From the NCBI GenBank assembly GCA_029260965.1, contig JAJDCG010000001.1:248012-312011 (forward strand): a stretch of 64,000 nt of DNA, given 5' to 3'. This DNA comes from Candidatus Levyibacteriota bacterium. Lineage in GTDB: Bacteria; Patescibacteriota; Microgenomatia; Levybacterales; UBA12049. The translations under genes and the position numbers were made by a program. Numbering within the stretch: position 1 is the stretch's first letter; each line of letters starts with the position of its first letter. Under the pieces are notes generated by a model. It was not told where the DNA came from. It did no database searches and was given only the letters and a program-made list of their open reading frames with translations. This document shows, one piece after another, positions 56,903-64,000 of the stretch.

Positions 56903-56931
56903 AAATTGAGAGCGCGGAAGGCTATGGTTTT
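56903..56931 (+). terminator. GC-rich hairpin downstream of the DGR target gene (CGCGGAA-N10-TTCCGCG)
   Basis: A 7-bp perfect stem with a 10-nt loop, about 120 nt after the target stop. The T-tract following it is weak. Confidence 0.2.
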
Positions 56932-57063
56932 CCGCGGAGGATTTGTATCTTATCTTAAAAAACAGAAGAGACTTGGTGTTTTGTACTGGCTGATTTTAGA
57001 TCACAAGTAAAATACAGCTAAATGTTTTTTTGCATAAGCAGTGAGATAGATGGTGCAAGGCGC

Positions 57064-57198
57064 ATTACCGATTCCGATGGCAATCCGAATGTCTTCAAAC
57101 TGAATCACAATGACGATGGTTTGTGGTTGAATGACAATTGGGCAAAGCCGAAGAACGAGTGGAATCCTGACAATGAGTTTGTTTTTCGTCTCAGAAAG
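57064..57198 (+). repeat. DGR template repeat (TR)
   Basis: Adenine-rich at the variable codon positions (AAT/AAC/AAG). It shares the 3'-terminal motif AGCGAGGC with the VR-flanking sequence, which may be IMH-like. The track ORF 57022..57246 is just the TR read in frame and is not a gene. Confidence 0.8.
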
Positions 57199-57219
57199 TG
57201 CCTTTCTTTTCCGCCCGCA

Positions 57220-57543
57220 TCAAGCGAGGCGGTTTTTCTTATATGAATTTTCCGAACTTCTTTTCCATCCCCCAAGCATTTTTCCAATTTCATCAAGTTT
57301 TAGGCCAACCACCTCGTAATGTTTGTGAGAAATTATTTTTCCCTCCCACGCTACGGAAATAAGAAACTTAAGAACATCCAGCGTCAAAATACATTCTGAA
57401 ATTTTTTCCGTTTTGTCTGATTTTTGGGTAAAATATGTAGTGTAGGAAAGCTCAAGCAGGTCAAGAAATTTATTTTCAATTCTTGAGCCGATCGTGAAGC
57501 GTGCACCTTTTGCAATATGAGGCGAAATATTCATCCAGATCAA
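57220..57543 (-). CDS. avd: Avd-like accessory variability determinant (four-helix-bundle, TIGR02436-type)
   Basis: 107 aa. The C-terminal region ...LKLDEIGKMLGGWKRS matches the L.EIGKML.GLI ending of Avd / 23S-rRNA-IVS four-helix-bundle proteins. It lies between the TR and the RT on the opposite strand. Confidence 0.55.
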   Translation of the reverse strand: MIWMNISPHIAKGARFTIGSRIENKFLDLLELSYTTYFTQKSDKTEKISECILTLDVLKFLISVAWEGKIISHKHYEVVGLKLDEIGKMLGGWKRSSENSYKKNRLA

Positions 57544-57556
57544 ATATCCCTCTTTG

Positions 57557-58609
<1,053 letters not shown>

Positions 58610-58633
58610 CTTCAGATATGTTATCATATAGGT

Positions 58634-60133
58634 ATGAAGATTTTATTTGTTGCGGCTGAAGTAGCGCCATTTGTATCTGTTGGGGGCCTTTCGCAAGTTA
58701 CATATTTCCTACCAAGAGCATTAGCTGAGAAAGGTCATGATGTGAGAATATTTACTGCCAAATATGGAAAGATGGATGAGGATCCAAAGAAGAAATGGAA
58801 TCTCAAAATGGAGGCAGAGCATCTTAGAGTGCCTTTTGATTCAGATATAAAAGAGTCTTTTATTTGCAATGTAAAATCTTATCAAGATAGAAAAAGCAGT
58901 GTAAAAACGTATTTTCTAGAGAATCGTGAATACTATGAACTTCGGGCAAATGTTTATGGATATAAAGATGATCATGTCAGATTTGCTTTGTTATCCAAAG
59001 GTGTTCTTGAGTGGCTCCTTGAGTCAAGGGGTATGGATAAATCGTGGTGGCCTGATGCAATACATGCTCACGATTGGCACACCGGTTATTTGATTGATCT
59101 TGCTAAGCGAAATAAAAGATATAAAAGCACATTTGAAAAAACACCATTTCTTTTTACAGTACATAATTTTCATTTACAGGGAAATTATGACTTCCGTTTT
59201 TGTCCAAAAGAGAATTTCGATGATGGCTCATCACAGTTAAAGTCTATTCATGATCCCAAGCAGCAAACTCAAAATCCACTAAAAAGGGGAATACTTTATG
59301 CAGATGCAGTCAATACGGTAAGTCCTACACATGCGGTTGAGGTTTTGAGGCCTGAGTATTCAAGGGGGCTTGGGGATGTGATCAGGCTGGCAAGAGGTAA
59401 AATAACTGGTATATTAAATGGATTAGATTATGGCGATTTTTCTCCATCAAAAGACAAGAAAATAAGAAAAAGATTTGATGAACACAATTTTATAGATGCA
59501 AGACATGAGAATAAAAAAGATCTACAAAAGTTATTTGGTCTTCCTCAGGGTTCAAAACGTCCTGTTTTAGCGTTCAGTGGACGCTTGGTTGAGCAAAAAG
59601 GTATAGATTTTATACTTGATGTATTGCCGCACTTATTGTTAGAGAGACCTGATGTTCAGGTAGTTATCTTGGGTAGTGGTGATGATAGATACAGGCTTGA
59701 GTTGTCTGTTCTCCAGAAGAAATTTCCAGACCAGATCGGGCTTCATCTTAGAAGTGATTTTAAATTGCCAAGAAAAATTTTTGCTGGCGCTGACATAATG
59801 CTAATCCCAAGTCATTTTGAGCCAGGTGGGATAATAGCACTTGAAGCGCTCAGATTTGGCTGCGTACCGATAGTCAGGCGTACTGGAGGATTAAATGATG
59901 TTATCGAGGATTTTGATCCTGGATCAAAAGCAGGAAATGGATTTTCGTTTATTAATAGAGATCCGTGGGCATTGTATGGTGCAATTATTGAAGCGCTTAC
60001 AATTTATAAAAATAACCGTATGTGGAATGTTGTTGTGAGAAATTGTATGATGTCTGATTTTTCATGGGAGTACTCAGCAGGCGAGTATGATAAATGGTAT
60101 AAAAATATCATAGAAAGGAAGAAAAATGGATAA
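58634..60133 (+). CDS. glgA: Glycogen (alpha-glucan) synthase, GT5
   Basis: Starts KILFVAAEVAPFVSVGGLSQV and has the C-terminal GT-B motifs (EPGGIIALEALRFGCVPIV). Confidence 0.85.
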   Translation: MKILFVAAEVAPFVSVGGLSQVTYFLPRALAEKGHDVRIFTAKYGKMDEDPKKKWNLKMEAEHLRVPFDSDIKESFICNVKSYQDRKSSVKTYFLENREYYELRANVYGYKDDHVRFALLSKGVLEWLLESRGMDKSWWPDAIHAHDWHTGYLIDLAKRNKRYKSTFEKTPFLFTVHNFHLQGNYDFRFCPKENFDDGSSQLKSIHDPKQQTQNPLKRGILYADAVNTVSPTHAVEVLRPEYSRGLGDVIRLARGKITGILNGLDYGDFSPSKDKKIRKRFDEHNFIDARHENKKDLQKLFGLPQGSKRPVLAFSGRLVEQKGIDFILDVLPHLLLERPDVQVVILGSGDDRYRLELSVLQKKFPDQIGLHLRSDFKLPRKIFAGADIMLIPSHFEPGGIIALEALRFGCVPIVRRTGGLNDVIEDFDPGSKAGNGFSFINRDPWALYGAIIEALTIYKNNRMWNVVVRNCMMSDFSWEYSAGEYDKWYKNIIERKKNG

Positions 60134-61832
60134 TATCGAGAAGTGGTTTGAGAATTTTAACAAATCCATGCAATTTGAACTCCTCTCCAAAAGACCGATT
60201 GCTTATTTTTCAGTTGAGTATGCGCTTTCTCCGAAGCTGCCAACGTATGCAGGAGGGCTGGGTGTATTGGCAGGAGATTATGTGAGGGAGCTAGGTGATC
60301 GTGGCATTCCTGCGGTAGCAGTAGGTCTGTATTATCAAAATAAATATGGGGTACTTGATAAGCCGCATGTTAGGAGTAACGGGGATATTACAAATCCTCG
60401 TGATCAGGGATTGATACCTGTTCTAGATGCAAATGGAAAATCAGTAACTGTAGAAGTGCCGATAGAGGATCATGTAGTATATGCGAAAGCATGGATTTGG
60501 CAGCAAGATTCAATACCTGTTTATCTTTTAGATACTGACGTAGAGGAGAATTCTCATGCAGATCGCGAGATAGGGTATCAGCTTTATGACTCAGATAAAG
60601 AAACAAGACTCAAACAAGAAATGGTTCTAGGGATAGGGGGGTATAGACTTCTTGAAAAGCTCCAAATCCAACCATCAATTTATCACATGAATGAGGGCCA
60701 TTCAGCGATGCTTTATTTGGAGATCATAAGACATGAAATGGAGAAAAGAAAAATAGGATTTAATGATGCTATGCAGCTTTCAACTCATCATGTAGTTTTT
60801 ACCAATCACACACTGGTTGCATCAGGAAATGAAATCTTTAGAAATGATCTCATATCGTTTCTCCTAGCCCGTTATGCAGGTGAGATTGAGGTACCAATTT
60901 CAGACATATTAGCACTTGGAACAATAGAGGATTCTAATAGTTTTTCAATGTCACTTTTATCATTGAAGCTTGCAGGGAAGATAAATGCTGTAAGTAGTGT
61001 GCATGCTAGAGAGGCAGCAAAGTCTTGGACGAATTATGAAATAGAATATGTTACGAACGGAATACACATGAAGACATGGGATAAAGTAGGCGAAACGCTA
61101 GCCTCAGATAATCGGGAGAATAATCTTTTTGAAAAACATAAAGAGAACAAAAGGGAGCTTATTAAATATTTAAATATGAATAAAAGAAGCGAATGGAGCG
61201 AAAATGATTTGATTATTGGTTGGGCGAGAAGAATGGTTCCTTATAAAAGGCCTATGAGTATGCTTGGGGACATAGAACGATTTCGAAAACTTACAACAGA
61301 AAAAAACAGACCAGTTAGGATCATCATGGGAGGAGTCGCACATCAATCTGATGATGAAGGGCGAGAAATGATAAAAAGCATAAAAGGCATCATTGAGGAG
61401 AAGCTTTCAGATACCGCAATTTTTCTTGACGATTATAGTGTGACGCTCTCAAAATTGCTTGTTAGCGGTTGTGATTTATGGCTTAATACTCCTGTGATAG
61501 GATCCGAGGCTTGTGGCACAAGTGGCATGAAGGCAGCATTAAATGGTACTCTTGTTTTCAGTACAAGTGATGGCTGGGTTGACGAGGTAAATACTGCAGA
61601 GATTGGTTGGGATATAAATAGCGAGGGCGTTGAGGAGAGCATTCTTGATGTATTGGAATATGATATATTGCCTTTATTTTATTCAGAGGACTTGAGTAAA
61701 TGGTATGCCCGCATGAAAGTTGCTAGAAATACGATTAAAGAGCGTTTTTTAACAACAAGAATGTTAAAGGAGTATTTGGAGAAATTATATATTCCCATAA
61801 TTGATGTGTCATTATCACATTATGATTCTTGA
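60126..61832 (+). CDS. glgP: Alpha-glucan phosphorylase, short GT35 maltodextrin/glycogen phosphorylase type
   Basis: Motifs AYFSVEYALSPKLPTYAGGLGVLAGD and FTNHT, and the PLP-Lys region EACGTSGMKAALNG. It overlaps glgA by 8 nt. Confidence 0.85.
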   Translation: MDNIEKWFENFNKSMQFELLSKRPIAYFSVEYALSPKLPTYAGGLGVLAGDYVRELGDRGIPAVAVGLYYQNKYGVLDKPHVRSNGDITNPRDQGLIPVLDANGKSVTVEVPIEDHVVYAKAWIWQQDSIPVYLLDTDVEENSHADREIGYQLYDSDKETRLKQEMVLGIGGYRLLEKLQIQPSIYHMNEGHSAMLYLEIIRHEMEKRKIGFNDAMQLSTHHVVFTNHTLVASGNEIFRNDLISFLLARYAGEIEVPISDILALGTIEDSNSFSMSLLSLKLAGKINAVSSVHAREAAKSWTNYEIEYVTNGIHMKTWDKVGETLASDNRENNLFEKHKENKRELIKYLNMNKRSEWSENDLIIGWARRMVPYKRPMSMLGDIERFRKLTTEKNRPVRIIMGGVAHQSDDEGREMIKSIKGIIEEKLSDTAIFLDDYSVTLSKLLVSGCDLWLNTPVIGSEACGTSGMKAALNGTLVFSTSDGWVDEVNTAEIGWDINSEGVEESILDVLEYDILPLFYSEDLSKWYARMKVARNTIKERFLTTRMLKEYLEKLYIPIIDVSLSHYDS

Positions 61833-61862
61833 ATTTTGGAATGTTAATTAATGGTGCGGGGT

Positions 61863-61892
61863 TGACATCATAAAGTTACTAAAACTACAATT
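61863..61892 (+). promoter_or_regulatory. Candidate sigma70-like promoter upstream of corA: TTGACA, about 18 nt, TACAAT
   Basis: TTGACA at 61863-61868, TACAAT at 61887-61892, and an AAAGGAGA RBS 7 nt before the ATG at 61997. Confidence 0.3.
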
Positions 61893-61996
61893 AAATTGAG
61901 GGTGGAAAATTTATGCAGTTGGTAGTATAATACTATAATACTAATTATAAATTTTTAGGCCACTTTTACTTTTTTTACGCACAAAGGAGAATTATT

Positions 61997-62995
61997 ATGA
62001 AAGTTCCAACAGTTACCCACAAGGGTCTATCCTTTATTAATCTAAATAAACCAACGGAAGAGCAGGTAAAGTTTCTCAACAAAAACTTTGGTTTTAGCAT
62101 GCTTAATCTTGAGGACTTTTTGTATAAAACCCAAATCCCCAAAATAGAAATTTACGATGATTACTCTCTTATGGTTATGGATGTCCCATTTATCGCACAA
62201 ATTGAAAAATCAAAGGCAGGTTCATTTATTCCGCAGGCTTTATCTAGCAAGGTTCCTCTTCGGACATTTTCGAAATCTGCCAGGAAAAAAAGAATCAGCG
62301 CAGGAGAAGTAGACTTCTTTATAGGTAAAGATTATGTAGTTGTGTTACATGATGAAAAAACTCCTCAGATCGATGAGATATTTGACATGTGCAGGGTTTC
62401 ATCAAAACATAGGGATGAGTTTATGACAGATGGAGCTCCTTTCCTTTTTTATAGACTGGTTGATATATTAGTTGATGCATCTTTTTCATACGTTGAGGAT
62501 ATTTCAAATTCTATTGATTTTATAGATAACCAGCTGGATGAGAACATATCAGCAAAAGTCATTGAAGACATTTCAATGACCAGACGCAATATTGTTGTTT
62601 TTGAGACCATGATAAAACCCGCACTTCCTATTTTTACTGATCTGGAAAGAGGTAAGTATTTAAAGCTTAACGGAGAAATGACTCCATATTGGTCAAACAT
62701 TTTGGATCATTTGCAGAAAATTTGGGAAAGACTTGAGGATAATAAGGAGTTGATTCAGGGCATTTCGACTAGTCATGAGTCGATACTTTCCAATAGAAGT
62801 AATGAGCTTGTTAAATTCTTCACTCTTGTTACAGCTGTTGCATTTCCATTCGTTCTTGTGAATAATCTTTATTCTATGAATGTGGTTGGGCTTCCTTATG
62901 CGAAAGAGCCATGGATAGTATGGGTCTTGTTTCTCCTTGCATTTACTGGTGGTGGAATTATGCTTGCGTATTTCAAATACCGTGATTGGCTTTGA
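61997..62995 (+). CDS. corA: CorA-family divalent cation transporter with a variant SMN signature
   Basis: Cytoplasmic funnel domain followed by two C-terminal TM helices. The signature loop reads YSMNVVGLPYAKEP where CorA normally has YGMNF..MPEL. Confidence 0.65.
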   Translation: MKVPTVTHKGLSFINLNKPTEEQVKFLNKNFGFSMLNLEDFLYKTQIPKIEIYDDYSLMVMDVPFIAQIEKSKAGSFIPQALSSKVPLRTFSKSARKKRISAGEVDFFIGKDYVVVLHDEKTPQIDEIFDMCRVSSKHRDEFMTDGAPFLFYRLVDILVDASFSYVEDISNSIDFIDNQLDENISAKVIEDISMTRRNIVVFETMIKPALPIFTDLERGKYLKLNGEMTPYWSNILDHLQKIWERLEDNKELIQGISTSHESILSNRSNELVKFFTLVTAVAFPFVLVNNLYSMNVVGLPYAKEPWIVWVLFLLAFTGGGIMLAYFKYRDWL

Positions 62996-62996
62996 T

Positions 62997-64000
62997 CTAC
63001 AACCGTACTTTTAGCGATTCTCCTTTGAAGACAATATTTTTTGGTTTTATAATCACTTGGCGTTCTCCCTCTTCTATATATCCAGCATCTAGACTTTCAA
63101 AACCATTTTCCCTTATGATTTCCTGTGCTTTTTCGACATCTTTTTTTGGTAAAAATATCGCATAATCTTGTCCCATGTTGTAGGTTTCATATATTTCGTG
63201 ATCTGACATTTCAGAATGTTTTTGAATGAAAAGAAAAAGTTCTTGAGGATCAAATAGGCGCTCAATATGATATGTGAAATTGCCTTTTGCACGCATCACT
63301 TTTCTTAATCCATGCCCGGTTATATTTGAGACATAGTGTAAATTAATGCCAGCATCAAGAAGATCTTGAATAACTACTGCGTATATATTTGTTTTTTTGA
63401 GAATTGCATCTCCAAACATAACTCCGCTTGGCAGTTTTTTTTTGTATCCATCGGTAAGTTTTTTTGCAATTGCTCTTGAGAGAGATATTCCATTTGCATT
63501 TATTCCAGAGCTTTTAAGAAAAAGTATCCTGTCACCATCTTTTAAATTGCTATCAACAAGGAGTCTTTCTTTTGATTTGATAATTCCGACAACATTTCCA
63601 CCAAGTGCAATTGTATTAGGATCGACAATCTCATTATATGAAGGTGTTTCGCCTCCTCCCCATGTTGCTTTAGCAGTATCACATGCCTGTCTCCAGCCAT
63701 TTATCAGAGCTTTTGTGCGCTCAAGATTATCAAACCAGCTGCTTGCTCCAACTGCCCAAAAAGCAGTGACAACAAGGGGTTTTGCTCCAATTGCCGCAAT
63801 ATCATTTATGGCAGATGCAACTGTATCATATCCAATATTGTCGTAGTAGGTTTTACCAGTAATTTTATACATTTCATCAGCAACTAAATTTTTTGTTCCC
63901 AAACTTTCTGTTACCGATGCCATAAAATGTCCATCTTGTTCCCATACAAATGCTGATTCTCCTCTGGTGTCTTCAGCCTCTGCAAAACCATAATTTTTGA
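62997..64000 (-). CDS. AIR synthase (PurM)-related protein, N-terminally incomplete because it runs off the window end
   Basis: Minus-strand translation is open to position 64000 (...EDTRGESAFVWEQDGHFMASVTESLGTKNLVAD...), resembling the PurM-like N-domain (DGVGTK-like SLGTK). A C-terminal PurM_C-like domain is present. The exact family (PurM, ThiL or HypE-like) is unresolved. Confidence 0.5.
   Translation of the reverse strand, partial: KNYGFAEAEDTRGESAFVWEQDGHFMASVTESLGTKNLVADEMYKITGKTYYDNIGYDTVASAINDIAAIGAKPLVVTAFWAVGASSWFDNLERTKALINGWRQACDTAKATWGGGETPSYNEIVDPNTIALGGNVVGIIKSKERLLVDSNLKDGDRILFLKSSGINANGISLSRAIAKKLTDGYKKKLPSGVMFGDAILKKTNIYAVVIQDLLDAGINLHYVSNITGHGLRKVMRAKGNFTYHIERLFDPQELFLFIQKHSEMSDHEIYETYNMGQDYAIFLPKKDVEKAQEIIRENGFESLDAGYIEEGERQVIIKPKNIVFKGESLKVRL

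Noticed and set aside
56807-57010. 67-aa ORF between the DGR target and the TR
   Set aside because: It is AT-rich and has no RBS or motif. The region is better explained as the DGR 3' flank with direct repeats and a hairpin.
57022-57246. 74-aa plus-strand ORF covering the TR
   Set aside because: It is simply the template repeat read in the same frame as the VR. DGR TRs often look coding for that reason, and there is no independent evidence for a gene.
61833-61996. Mg-sensing M-box riboswitch upstream of corA
   Set aside because: The leader is AT-rich and lacks the conserved M-box elements. A simple promoter plus a strong RBS is more plausible.

Overview
This 64-kb window is AT-rich and gene-dense, and reads best in the standard genetic code. 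The gene content and domain reductions suggest a Candidate Phyla Radiation (Patescibacteria) type bacterium, but that is an inference, not a database result. Supporting signs include a 506-aa IF-2, a 636-aa AlaRS, an archaeal-type inositol-1-phosphate synthase, an AMP/thymidine phosphorylase family enzyme and VirB2/TrbC-like pilin domains.

The housekeeping backbone is:
- hrcA-grpE-dnaK-dnaJ heat-shock genes;
- nusA-infB, a DHH-like protein, rpsO and pnp;
- rnj, ftsK and mltG;
- alaS (minus strand), rpoB-rpoC-rpsL-rpsG and a partial metG;
- glgA and an alpha-glucan phosphorylase (glgP).

Three accessory loci stand out.
- A complete diversity-generating retroelement (DGR) at 54.8-58.6 kb. It has a 646-aa target gene whose C-terminal 135-bp VR differs from a downstream TR almost only at TR adenines. 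It also has an Avd-like four-helix-bundle ORF on the opposite strand, and an RT carrying the DGR-type 'GNLTSQ' motif. A (GA)16 microsatellite sits in the avd/RT start region.
- A compact archaeal-flavoured inositol phospholipid head-group module at 50.8-54.8 kb. It contains myo-inositol-1-phosphate synthase, a CDP-alcohol phosphatidyltransferase, a PHP phosphoesterase, a DAG-kinase-family lipid kinase and a CarS/DUF46-like cytidylyltransferase. A GC-rich hairpin RNA candidate lies just upstream.
- A tandem pair of Clp/Hsp100 ATPases at 10.9-17.6 kb. The first is ClpC-like with a 3x ~90-aa repeat in its C-terminal extension. The second is membrane-anchored and its D1 Walker A/B motifs are degenerate.

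Other oddities are a Lon AAA+ module lacking both the N-domain and the peptidase, and VirB2/TrbC-like pilin paralogs beside a large polytopic membrane protein. There is also an actin-like membrane protein next to a sortase, and a MITE-like palindromic element in the dnaK-dnaJ spacer. I found no rRNA, tRNA or CRISPR array.
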